DNA of 64,000 nt, taken from the NCBI RefSeq assembly GCF_003918875.1, contig NW_025767589.1:186001-250000 (forward strand), read 5' to 3'. The DNA comes from Haliotis rubra. Lineage: Eukaryota. Positions 13,796 to 26,500 of the stretch are shown piece by piece. The notes under the pieces were generated by a model. It did not search any database, was not told the origin of the DNA, and saw nothing but the letters and a program-made list of their open reading frames with translations. Within the stretch, counting starts at the first letter, position 1; each line of letters starts with the position of its first letter. The position numbers and the translations under genes were made by a program.

Positions 13796-14092
13796 TCTAT
13801 TATTGTTATTCTGTTTTGTAATTGGTTTACATATTGAAAGCAAACAGGACCATTCCGCTCATGTAAGGGAAGTTCAGTAACATAAATAAGGGCTCTCATT
13901 GTTAGAATAACGCATTAATAACTTTGAGACTAAGAATCTTTACTGTTGACTGCATAATCTGGTTCAGTGAGGGAATCACGTATTGAGAGGCGATCTAGTG
14001 CAAACATGTGCATCCAGATGATTCTTGAGCCTCGGTGTGCTGTTACCGTTCGCAAACGAACGAGTTTAGATGTAATTATTCTAAACATATTC

Positions 14093-14333
14093 GACCCGTG
14101 TAGGTCCGGGGTAGAATTGATCTTCAGCAACCCATGCTTGTCGTAAGAGGCGACTAACAGCATCGGGTTGTCAGGCTCGCTGACTTGGTTGACACATGTC
14201 ATCGGTTTTCAATTGCGCAGATCGATGCTCAATCTGTTGATCACTGGATTGTCTGGTCCAGACTCGATTATTTACAGACCGCCGCCATATAGCTGGAATA
14301 TTGCTGAGTGCGGCGTAACCTAAACTCACTCAC
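14093..14333 (+). mobile_element. SINE-like repeat family 2
   Basis: gacccgtg...cccatgcttgtcgtaagaggcgactaa...aactcactcac. TSD tctaaacatattc. Absent in the copy C intron. Confidence 0.9.
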
Positions 14334-14510
14334 TCTAAACATATTCTTATCTAATGCATATATTGTTGGATTGGAAGTGTCACCTCTCAATTACGTCATT
14401 AGTCCGTTGCATGAACATAGTGTTATGATCAGATATATACGCTGACAGCAACTATATTGACACAGTATCATAGTACATCGTAGTCTGAAACAGTATTTGT
14501 TTTACTCAAG

Positions 14511-14711
14511 TCTACGGGAGAAATGCCAACTCCAACATCTATCTGAACAACGACCCCTCCAGCATCTGCTCCACCCTCCCGAGTCCACCAGATACTCCCA
14601 ACCCAACTGACGTGACGTGTAACGGAACCGGCAGATACGTCACCATCAGGAACCCGGGGACAGGGCCTGTACACGATGATTCACTCAACATCTGTGAGGT
14701 GGAGATTTATG
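14511..14711 (+). CDS. Copy A F-type lectin domain, second exon
   Basis: YGRNANSNIYLNND...C...[15 protein letters not shown]...LNICEVEIY. Confidence 0.88.
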
Positions 14712-14746
14712 GTAAGTCATTTACTGTATTTACAAGTAATTGTCAT

Positions 14747-14866
14747 CAAATACTCCCAACCCAACTGACGTGAAGTGTAACGGCACCGGCAGATACGTCA
14801 CCATCAGGAACCCGGGGACAGGAGGATTTAATGATACACTGAACATCTGTGAGGTGGAAATCTATG
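14747..14866 (+). pseudogene. Partial duplicate of the second lectin exon (3' half, variant loop)
   Basis: [38 protein letters not shown] followed by a GT donor; no usable acceptor seen. Confidence 0.85.
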
Positions 14867-16367
14867 GTAAATCATCATTGTATTTACAAGAATTTGTCTA
14901 TTCGTGTCCTGGTGATACAAGTGTTTTTTATTGTCCTTCAACAGCAAAGTCCTTGTTTGCAAGTTACAGAATAAATTCTGAGCATTTGTAAAAATTATCA
15001 ACCATATCTTAGAGTGAGTTGACAGGATGTTTTCATTTATATCAAACTGGATAATTTAAAATGGTTATTTCACTTTGTTGTGTTCAACTTGCATGTTTCA
15101 TAATTTCTATCAGTTCTTTCCCGCTGAATATGTCACTCTTTCATTATCAATAAACTTATATTACATAGTCTTTAACATCTGGACGCATTCTTTTGAACAG
15201 CTGAACTATATTCATAAACGGATGATTAGAATTTCAATAGTTTGAGTAAACAAGGTTTGAAACAGCTATACACTACAATAAGTAACTAAATGGGATCCCA
15301 TATAATATCAATTAAATGCTTCTTGTACCGAATTCAGAAAAGCCATTTAGGATTCTATATTGATATCTTCTATAAACACCTTCTAGTAAAAGACAGGCTG
15401 TGATAGACATGACGCCATTCTAACTTGCCTGTGATGATAAAAACATTTGTTAACGATTGCACTCACTACCCCATAATGCCTAATCACCTACGTTATATAT
15501 CTAAATTCCACAATCCACCCTTCTCTACGTGTCCCTAGCCCTCCAAAATGCCTCTATGGTATATTAGGTTAACAGTCGAAGAAGGGAATGAAATGCCGGC
15601 GGTTCGATCTCCTTGTAGCGTAACATCAACATACGCTTAAATATCGTAAGTATTGTTATTCTGGACAAACAATCACACTCTTTTTTTAAACAGAACCTTA
15701 CACCCAATTATACCCCATATCACCTTTCTCACCCTCTTTCAATGACGTCAACTGTTCCTATTTCCTTATGCCAATGCACCAGCCTGCAGTACAGGTGTCT
15801 ACGGGATGAACTGTAATGTGTTCTGTCACTGCCTTGATTCGACCTGTGATCGCTTGACTGGACTGTGTCCTGGAGACTGTATACCAGGGTGGCAGGGACA
15901 GAGATGTGATAAAGGTGAGACGTTTGTACTGTCAGTATTGATAGCTTCCAGTAAATGATACGGTAGACTTTAGATACGTATACGCGCCAGGGTATACGCG
16001 GCCCATTGTAGACGCTGACGTCAGGTTAGTCATGATAAGTAGGAATGATTACCAAGGGGCAGTCGTTGTGGAGGTCTTACTGTGGGTTAGTTTTCAGGGG
16101 CTTGTAACGTGGTGCATCAACATCACCTACTGACTCGTTTCATACACTTTGCTGAACCGATCACCTAGAATGCTTCACAAATCAGATGCCTTTCAACTTT
16201 ATTTACGAATGAAGATTTTTCTTCTTATCTATATTTTACAGCTTGCAACAGCACGTATGGCACTAACTGCAATAAAACGTGTCCTGGGCGGAAGTGTTCA
16301 GCTTCAAGTTCGTCATGTGACCGTCACACCGAGCCTGTGAGAATATGTCCAGTGCACCTTCTGGGAA

Positions 16368-17129
16368 ATATATATATTTATTACCCACGTGGTCAACGTA
16401 TGGGTAGTTGCATACTAATCTCGTACGTCACACGAGTGTCGTATCGCGTTGACCTGTGTCGTAACGACTTGACCTGAGATTCTAACGATTTCATTGGATA
16501 ACCGATGACCTCTCAATTAGGTCACATTCTGACGTAACAATTTTTTCATTCATAACAAACACGTGGATCCATTCATTCTACAACTAAATGCATTGTGGGA
16601 ATGTAAACATCGCGAACGTTGCCGTGTCGCTGTTTAATTGTGGGTCGAACTGAGACATTATACCCGTCGAAAAACGTAAACGCAATGTTTCCACCAGTGA
16701 TGTTAGCCGAATGAAGCAACTGCAAACCAAGAAACGGGGTGCTACGGAGTAGTTTACTGTACGAGGCTGTACGAGGCGATGACAACTAACATGCATCGTG
16801 ACGTCGGTTACCAAGGCAGTGACGTCATTACAGTGACGTCATGCAAATATTGTACTACAGTACAAAACTCTTCCGCAACCTCTTTATGAAACCGGTTTCG
16901 GTTTGAAACCAAAATATTAACAAAACTACGTTATTTTGTCAATTTAATGCATGTAAGACGTGGGTAATAAATAAAATACCACACTCGGTCTCATTACATA
17001 CGAATTATACGAAACTCGTGACCTTCCTGTGTTATCTGACCTCGCTTTCGCTCGGTCAGATACCATAGGAAGGACACTCGTTTCGTATAATTCGTATGTA
17101 ATGAGACCTCGTGTAGTATTCTCTATATA
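16368..17129. mobile_element. Non-autonomous element with subterminal inverted repeats and a long terminal palindrome
   Basis: tatttattacccacgt (~16375) and acgtgggtaataaata (16958). Imperfect hairpin of about 145 nt at 16975-17120 centred on ctcgctttcgctcg. TA-rich ends. Confidence 0.7.
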
Positions 17130-20100
17130 CCATATGGAAATTCTTGCCATCTTTTTCTCAGAATGTGATGCCAATCATTATGGACCAGACTGTCGTGGCG
17201 TATGCTCCTTCAGACACTGTGCAGGGAACTCTACATGTAACCGAGCAGGGACCTGTGACAGTGGATGTGAGATGGGGTGGACACAGGGTGACTGTACAGG
17301 TAATGTCCTTATAGTATTGCTACTGTTATGTAAGGTATATATCTGAGTGGCATAACCCATGTAAAGCTCTTTACTAACTGAATTGTGGCATTTAATAAAT
17401 CGAGTTGAAAGGACACTGGCATAGAATCCAGTGGACTAAAGAGCACAAGGTAAAGATTTCAATATTTCACATGTTGTTATTTTGTTATGTGCTAAGGTAT
17501 AAGACATTTGATGCCATGTCAATTGAATGTTATATGCTGAATGAATTCACATTGATATAATAGTTCAGTTACATTGTTATTGTCTCTCTATGAATCATCC
17601 TGGGGTATAACATTTCTCCCTTGTAAAGATGTAACTGTTGTGTGCTCAATCTCCCTCTTCCTTTGCGTGAAGCATGCCAGAGTGGGAAGTACGGTTCTAA
17701 CTGCAGCATGTCTTGTGATTCACGTCATTGTGAAACTGCACCAGTTTCCTGCGACCACGTGACTGGAGCCTGCGCTGCCGGTTGTCGGGAAGGATGGATT
17801 GGAGCAGACTGTACTCAGAGTAATGTTTCCTAAAACTCTTATTTAAAATAATATGTCTGGTGATGTGATGTTGACAGAAATGTTCACAGCCCCAGCTCTC
17901 AAATGATTTAAAATATATTTCAAGCTGACCTTTGAGCCAATTGCAGTGGAAGGTACAATGTTCGATGTGAGTGCAGTGGTGTATGGAGTGCTACAAGGAT
18001 ATGTGTCAGGGCCGTTTTTACACAATCTCTCTGTGAGTTTTAAGGTAAAGCTTTTAAAGACGCACCCGAGCTTTACTGCCATGATACGCAGATGCTGCTT
18101 AAGGATGTCTGTAACATCTGTCTTCGTGATTCAACCCTGCAGGTTTGCGTACTGGTCGAGCTTTGCTCATGACACGCTGCGGCTCGATTTTCGATAGTGG
18201 TCGCTTTTATTGCCTCGAATACATGCAAACGGACACGACGCTTAGAAGACTGCACTACTGCAATACTTATTACGCAAATTGGTATAGTTGATACCTAAAT
18301 AAAGCCAGGCTCAATGTCAACGTTCTGGCATATGGAATCTCTGCCTATATGGCACTGGTGTATGGTTATCGAAAAAAAAAGGTGTCCGAAATATGTGCAA
18401 TGACCATTCGTTTTGGAAGTATGTACACAAGCTGAAAGCGCCATTGTTGGGTTTTCCAGAGCTGTAAAGGACCCTGGAATCTTTATGGATTTAAGGGAAC
18501 ATCATACGGCCATATCTGTGCAGAGTGTGATATTTTCATACTTCAATCAGAAATACCGACCATAGCTGGCACTTATTAACTAATGAAGCAAAATATTATC
18601 TTGTGAGATCACATATTGAAAACTAACAACTTGTTAGCATTTCAATCATGTGATAATGGCCTTTTCGCCATTGGCAGCAGGCAGCACTCATGCTAATGGT
18701 GGACATTGTAGTTTTCGGTATTGAATCATGTCCACTGGCACTGCTGTCTGATTTCTGATGTGTCATCTTTCACAAGGGGTTCATATGATGTATCAGTGCG
18801 AATTCAGTTGAAGAGCTACAGAAGATTTGTTAAGACATGTCATAATTCAAACATATTTCAATTTCCTTCTTAATATTATCATTTCATCATTTAATACCTG
18901 ACCTTCAGGATGCAAACCTGGAACTTATGGGCCTGACTGTACTCGTTGTGGGCACTGTGACGTCACGTGCAATGTTGGAGATGGACGCTGTCCCGGAGAG
19001 TGTCTGGACGGCTTCACTGGTGACCGATGTGATGAAGATGTTCGGGGTCTTAATAAAAATATTGTTTTAGATCAGCTTTAACATTGATATTTAGTATGCA
19101 TTGAATCTTTGAAAACATGGGCGATATTCACAAATTTTAGTCATATTGTATCTGGGACATACATGTATTCACAAAATAATGTTTCAGCTCATGTTAATTT
19201 ACATTGGCGTTTGATATCAGATTCAGTGTCTCCTGTTACAAGATTCAGCTTCCCTATTACAAAGCGGAGTTATTGGAGGAGCAGTAGTGCTTGTTGTAAT
19301 GCTGTTGCTGATTGGTGGATTGGTGATATGTTTGCTGAAATCTGGAAGGTAACTTTGAGAAGGCGACCAAAAGTGGTGCACTTGTGCCTAATCCCTTTGC
19401 GTTTTGAACAATAAAATATGTTTTAAAATAAACGTTGAAAACAGTATGAAGCAGGTGTTAAAATAATGTGTACATGTATATTGCTCTTAACTCTAAATAC
19501 CAACTGCGAAAGGTACATGTACAGCGGAAATATTTCTGTCACTGGATCAATGTGTATTCAGCCCCCTGTGGAGTATACAACCCAAGATGGGCTGTCAGGC
19601 TCTAAAATGTTATAACTGTCACCTGTCCTATATCTTTTAAACACAACTTAAATTGTTTCCAGACTGGCACAGGTGTGAAATGGGTACTCCTGAACACACC
19701 TGGCACAGGTGTGAGGAAGGCAGACACGTCTGGAACAAATGAGCAAGACTACACCGAACTGAATGAAGTCACCAGGGAGAGAGAGGAGAAGTCACAGTAT
19801 GATGTCATTCAGAACAAAGTGTATGGAAACAACCAAATCTGAGTTGAGAGCAGTGCATCCTTTTCGTATGTGCTATGACATACCTTTAATGTTCACATAA
19901 CTGAATATGTTCTGCCCAGAGGACAAGTCTGGAATAGTGTATATGGTTATACCATGTGAGTGAGTGAGTGAGTGAGTAGGTTAAAAGTTTACAGTTTTAT
20001 AGCGATGAAAACAAGGTAATCAATGTAAAACACCTGTCAACGATGGACAGTAAAACAACTAGATTATCATAGATATATATTTATAACTAGTACTTAAATC

Positions 20101-20923
20101 TAAAATACTTTAACTATATACATATACAGGCTGTAGATCGCCGACAACTGAAGGTAGATCACCATACTAGGGACGGTTATACCATTAAGATATCCAACCT
20201 GAAATATAGTATGAAAACCTTTTTAGTTCGTATTAGGTAGTTTGTACATATGATACGTGTTAATGATTTGTTATTATTATATTGTTATATCTGTTGTTAT
20301 TTTTGTATGTTATGTCACTACTGAACAATACAAATAGTTCTGAATTGCATGATCACTACATTTTCTATATTTTATGCATTGAAGCTAATTTGCTTTACTG
20401 TACCTTGGATGGGATGTTGCAGACAAAAGTTAAAATGACAAATAACCCATGTTGTGTGTTACCTCTTTCGGATCAGTTCATGACATATACCATTTCTGGT
20501 GTCATTAAGTAATAACACTGAAATCATGACCACCGATCTTGGCAAATGTGGTACTATCCGAATACTGCAAAACAACTATGAAATATCAAATCGGCTTTGC
20601 TCATGTTTTTGTTTTCATGTATTTCACCACCTAAGTAATATTTCACTTTTTCGTTTTATTGCATTTTAAAAATGTATCTGTATGTGATTAATTTGTATAA
20701 CCCATGTTGTGTCTGACGTAAATTGTAAACAGAATAAAATTTACCAACAAAGTATTTGTAATTATCCACTGTTTCCTGACGTAACACATTCTAGTTATCA
20801 ACAACAGGTGGGTGGCCTTTCGCACATCTAAGACTTTGGACTATTTTGTTCTTAACTGAGAAAAGTTACTTTGTTGGTGTTGAGAACAATGGGAATTGTC
20901 ACAAATACGTTCAACTTCTATAC

Positions 20924-21093
20924 GGGGCGGTGGGGTAGCCTAGTGGTTAAAGCGTTGGCTCGTCACGCCGAAGACCCGGGTTCGAATCCACACATGGGTA
21001 CAATGTGTGAAGCCCATTTCTGGTGTCCCCCCGCCGTGATATTGCTGGAATGTTGCTAAAAGCGGCGTAAAACCAAACTCAGTCAGTCAGTCA
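20924..21093 (+). mobile_element. tRNA-derived SINE family 1
   Basis: A box (tagcctagtgg), B box (ggttcgaatcc), (tcag)n tail. Near-identical to 49024-49193. Confidence 0.9.
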
Positions 21094-21279
21094 TCTTATA
21101 TACATATCATAGTCATTGTGGGACTCTGATGTCCTAAAGTTTGGACTGACCTTAGAGGAATGGTCATTCCTAACTTCTGTGTGAACATATGTTTGTGAGA
21201 GGTGAATTGTTTGATAGAGATCTTCAGAAGTTGCGTAATGACAAAATAGTAATAGTCATTGCATAGACTATAAGTTCTT

Positions 21280-21448
21280 TGAGTGAGTGAGTGAGTTTGG
21301 CTTTACGCCGCTTTTAGCAATATTCCAGCAATATCACAGCGGAGAACACCAGAAATGGGCTTCACACATTGTACCCATGTAGGGATTCGAACCCGAGTCC
21401 TCGGCATGACGAGCGGACGCTTTTACCACTAGGCTACCCCACCGCCCC
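21280..21448 (-). mobile_element. tRNA-derived SINE family 1
   Basis: Reverse complement of the 20924 element; TSD aagttctttga. Confidence 0.9.
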
Positions 21449-21534
21449 ACAAGTTCTTTGATATCCCTCGGGCGATCCTTATAAGGGTATTAGGATAGAT
21501 ACCAAAACGTCGCCATTTGGTATTTAAAGAATTT

Positions 21535-21708
21535 NNNNNNNNNNNNNNNNNNNNNNNNNNNNNNNNNNNNNNNNNNNNNNNNNNNNNNNNNNNNNNNNNN
21601 NNNNNNNNNNNNNNNNNNNNNNNNNNNNNNNNNNNNNNNNNNNNNNNNNNNNNNNNNNNNNNNNNNNNNNNNNNNNNNNNNNNNNNNNNNNNNNNNNNNN
21701 NNNNNNNN
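21535..21708. other. Assembly gap
   Basis: Run of N. Confidence 1.
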
Positions 21709-22839
21709 TCTATATTTATATAATCTTTGACTTCATTGCATGGATACACAGAGACATCATTGCCGGGCGCCACTCAGGGTCAGTGAATTTATCTGGGTTA
21801 TCTTTTATCTCTTCCTCTGGAAATGTAACCCTGACTTTCTCTTTTAAGCTACCAATACACAAATACATGCATGTCTGTAACGTGTTTATGTGCAAAGAGC
21901 AAGGGCACTAAACTTGCAAGAGAAGTAGAAAATACACTGCTTTTGCATCTTTTTCTTTTCGAACCGGATGTCAGTAAGCTGGAAGTAATAGAAACATGTT
22001 ACCAAACATTTAATTACCAGAGTCAGTATATCCATCTGTAGCGTTACTTTCTTAAAGCGGATTTGACTGAAAGTGAGTTTAGCGGAAAACGGAAAGATAT
22101 AACCTTCTTGTGAATATACAGCAGCAGCGCAAACGAATACCCGATACTGACTATTACAGATTCCATATTGTGTAAAGGCTAACAGAGCTGGGTAAATTAA
22201 GAACGGACCACCAGGTGATGACACAAGGTGTTAGCAAAAGGTGAACATGTCCAGTCATAGGTTTCCCTGTCCAACAGGTTTCATGTCACTGTAAGGCTTG
22301 TCATTTCAGTGATATATTCAAGGCCTGAATGCAAATAGCCCAGGTTTCTGTGTAATATCAAGGTAACTGCAATCTGAGCGGCGCTCACTGTTGTATGAAA
22401 AGTACTTGTAGGAGTACAAGGCCTATTCACTATCGAAAATAACATAAGTAGACCATGTGTATGGACTGGTTGAGTGCCCCACACGGCAAACAATATCAAC
22501 ACTCGGAGGAGAACTCATGAACCACAGGAAGTGTACAATGTCATTCAATGAGGTGGTTAAATGAAACATAAGGGATTACACTTTCTCAGAAAAGTACAGG
22601 TTTTAGTGTTTTTTAACGGTGAATCTACAGAGATTCGAACCCACACTCCCCAAGTAATGCAATCTAACTCACTCAGCCACAGCAATCTCCACAAAAAACA
22701 ATATGTCGTGTTTAATGAAAGTAACAAGTAATACAGTACATTCAATTTAAATACGCCACGGCATACATAACATCAAAATAGATATACAGTATTCTGTTAC
22801 GAGATTGTGTAAATACTATTTCTAAGGCCTCATTGATTC

Positions 22840-23175
22840 GTTGTCATGGTTGGCCGCTCTTGATCTAGATGGAAGCTACCCTGTAAACAGTGTTGGGCTG
22901 TCAGCCTTACAACGGGACCGTGAGTCACATGCATGTGTAGGAGGAAAAGTAGTGAGTGTGACCTCAGCATTGATCAAAGCCCTGCGTCTCACTATATCTC
23001 CGCATAGAACAATTCTCCTGGAGTCCCTCTGCCTAGTCCAGGGCTGAAACATCGTCATGGCTGACCATGTGACCCAGATGGAAGCTACCCTGCAAGCTCT
23101 GTTGGGACTCAACCTTACAACGGGTCAGTGAGTCACATGCGTGCATGGGAGGAGAATGTAGTGAGTGCGAGCTGT
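22840..23175. repeat. Tandem duplication (about 120-bp module, twice) upstream of copy B, each with TGAGTCA
   Basis: agatggaagctaccctg...ccttacaacggg...gtgagtcacatgc...gtagtgagtg occurs twice; one homologous module lies upstream of copy C (57065-57450). Confidence 0.75.
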
Positions 23176-23560
23176 TGATATTTCACTCAGCTCTTTTCAA
23201 ATTTATAAAGCAAGATAAAACCGGTATCTCTGTGCCTGGCTACATACCTGCCCACAACATGTATCTAATTCAGTCGCTTCTGAAAAGGATGTACCTGAAT
23301 ATGAGCAAATGTGACATGGATAACGAATGTGAAAGCTGAACACATTGTTCACATATATGTGATATGTGTCGTTTAACAATCTTATTAAACGTCTGTGACA
23401 ATCTGTTGTGTGTTACTGGCGTTGTTATGGACCGTAGTTCCCTATCATGGCTCCAAAAGATAAATGTAGATACATTTACTCATACACGACACAGTGGATA
23501 TTCAGTGAGCGTAACCTTTAACACAGTTTGACTGTGTATTTCACTTCCTGGCTGCTCAAC

Positions 23561-26500
23561 ATGGCGGGTGTCAGAATATTCGTTGTGGTGGTCTTACTTC
23601 GATGGATACAGCTGACATCGGGTGCGTACATCAGCCGATTGTCTTACGTCGAAGTATACGTACCTTCCTCGCGGATGTGTACATCACTACAAATAATCTA
23701 TTGTGTATATATATACTGAGACGAGCATGTTGCATACACGTTTGACAAAACTTGTTTTGCAAGTGTTATATATAGCAGAACCCGTCCACTATTTGCGTGT
23801 GCATCTCAGCTAACGGGACAATACCAATAAACGTGTTAGAATCCTTGAGTATAACTCACTGTTGTGTGAAGCGTTTGCTTTGTACAAAGCTTAAAAAATG
23901 TTATTGCAGTCGAGAGGAAAGAGCAAAATGAAAACGGATTATCCCAACTTCAGTATATTACATATGGAAGGAAAAGGTTGTATTTCTAATCTGTTATAAA
24001 CTTCGCGTATAAGTCACTGTTGTGTGAAGTGTGTGCTTAAAAGCTTAAAAGATAAAACTGGAGTCGAGAGGAAAGAGCAAGATGTACATGGATTATACGA
24101 TGAGACTAATGAATCGTTTTCACTAGGATATTCTATTAACCTTTCCAAACAATTAACTTCACAGCAATAAATATTCATCCGTGCATTTTACCAACTGACA
24201 ACCCTCTATATATTATACAAGGAAGAAAAAGGTTGCGTGTTCGTCATAAATAATCTACTGTCAAAAACTAGAGCAATTACTTCTTGTGTATTTCTAATCT
24301 GTACCTTGAACTACAAATTAATGTAAATATATCACAAGTTGTACATGTGAGTTTGCACATGATGTCAAAAATAAATCCTCATTTCAGTCGTCGTCAAACA
24401 TGACCTTTGCCTACGTTTCGGCCCTGTCATACATAACTCGACCTTTAGTCATCCGAATACAGAGGTGAAGTCATCAATATTGAGGCCATGTCATCTACAG
24501 CACAGTGCATCTATGCATCTAAACATTGTCTTTTCATCCATACAACAGGACGTCATTATCCACTATCCTCTTGACCGGCCGTCAGTAAACGCGTAGAAAC
24601 CAATTTAACCGTAATCGATTTCAGTTTGTTTATTTCGATATTTGCAAGTTATATTAGAAGTCAAGGAGGGCTATCATGGAATCCTGACATTCTGCTATAC
24701 TTACCCTGTGGTCCTGTCACCTCTACCTCAAGGTACCCTCCAAGGCATAATCCGGGTGTCTTGCTATCCACAATATCCCACTTTCCTTTCTCAAGTCCAT
24801 ATCATTCTTACTGTGCAATTATGTGATTCCTATCCCGTGGTCCTCTGTCAATCCTACCCTCGGGTCCTTTCATCCCTCCCCAGAGTTCTGTCAAGCTCTC
24901 ATCCCAACCACTGTCAACCCTTCTCTGGGGTCGCGTCACCCCTACCCCCACGGTTCTCTTATCCCTTCCAAGGATCCCTGTTTTCATTCCAGTCCCTGAT
25001 AGTCCTACTTTTGGGGTCCTGCCATCACTACCTGACGGTTCTGCTATCCTTCCAAAGGGTCACTGTGTTCTCTTTCCGTGTCCTTCCTAGTCTTGTGTCC
25101 TAACCCTACACTATCAGTAGGGCATTTCATTTCTATTTCGTGACATTGGCAATCCTTACCCATGATGGCATCATCCCTGCCATGGAGTTATCCTTGCCTC
25201 AAGTAACATCATCCCATTCATATCACACATTTCATCATCTAAAACCCAGATGCCAGTCACCGATACATCTGAACATGTATAATTCATGTTTAGTGTCCCG
25301 TCATCAAAGGCCCAGGGCCCATTCATCTGCATCCGAAGTTAAGTCACTGTTTAGCACTGCCCACACTTCCCATGGATGTCCATTAGCAAACTGTCCCGCT
25401 TCAGGAAGTGCTATGTATGCAGGATATATGATAACATTGACCGTTCAGTGCAGTATGTCCGTTCCATAAGACATAATGCAATATACCATTACTATTACCT
25501 GTAAATAAGCATGATGTGGTGTTTGGTATGAATGTTTGTGAGGTAAACATATACTCTAATACCATGTTGTTGAAGCAACAGTTGTGAAACCATGTCACGT
25601 GAAGAAACAGTTTTCATCGTTTCAGTCTCTGTTAAAGTTCAAGGGATACTGAGAGTGTAGCTGTCCTTCCTCATCCACCTCCCTCTGAATGCCCCCGGTG
25701 TATGGTCCAAAGTTGAACACATTAAGGAGTAACATATGTTGTATTTGGGATTACACTTTCTTAGTAAAGTACAGATTCTAGTACTTTTGTTGAGTCCCAC
25801 CGCCAGCACACAAAGTCAGACACCTAGACCGCTCAGCCACCGCGGCTTCCACGAAAATGGAAGTCGGACAAATGGTAGTCTAGACTGCGGACTTGTGCAC
25901 CCCTCTGATAAGTGTTAATTGGCACGCGTACGGCTCCCACGGCCGAAAGCTATGATATACACAATGCCATTTAGAAAGTGGTCTAATGTAACATATGTTA
26001 TATATTTCGGATTACACTTTCTTAGTAAAGTACAGATTCTAGTACTTTTGTTGGGTCTAGAACATGGAGAAAAACCAAGCAAATCTTGTGTCAATGAATT
26101 GATTAAATATGTCTATTTCAATCTTGTAAGAAATGATGGCACTGTAATAAATACGCAAAGTGACATTCTAGAAGAAACAAATGGGTTTTATAAAAAAATG
26201 TTTTTCTAGTGAAGATTGCACAGAATTGATCAAGAGAATCTGTTTTCCGATACAGACGTTCCAAGATTATCTCCTAAGGAATCCAATCTAGAAGGTACAA
26301 TAACGTATGAAGAATGTCTTACGGCATTGAAAAATGAAAAAATCCCCAGGACCTGATGATTCACTGCTGAATTTTAAAAATTCTTTTGGAATGATCTAAA
26401 TATATATATTTGATTACTCCCTGAACTATGCACATGAGCATGGGTCCTTATCTGTAACCCAGAAACAAGGATTAATCACATGTTTGCCTGAAGCCAATAA

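Larger units (their letters stand above)
10475..19842 (+). pseudogene. Copy A: EGF / F-type lectin / multi-EGF single-pass receptor with short Tyr-motif tail (MEGF10/Draper/SREC-like architecture); probable pseudogene
   Basis: Exons 10475-10535 (signal [20 protein letters not shown]), 11981-12113 (EGF, 5-nt deletion), 12744-12947 and 14511-14711 (FTP), 15783-15914, 16242-16340 (broken), 17162-17299, 17673-17819, 18909-~19037 (EGF), 19243-19348 (TM GVIGGAVVLVVMLLLIGGLVICLL), 19663-19842 (tail). Mostly GT-AG, phase 1. Confidence 0.85.

Noticed and set aside
12408-14866. Programmed somatic rearrangement (VLR- or RAG-like) using the loop cassettes
   Set aside because: Only one or two cassettes per gene, and no recombination signals or recombinase in the window; kept only as a gene-conversion hypothesis.
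20924-21000. tRNA gene (also at 21448, 28241, 49024, 59372)
   Set aside because: The tRNA-like heads mostly continue into a shared body, simple-repeat tail and TSD, and no complete cloverleaf is evident; these are SINEs or SINE-like repeats.
23845-24095. Local duplication of about 95 bp in intron 1 of B
   Set aside because: Real but diverged and non-coding; no function supportable.
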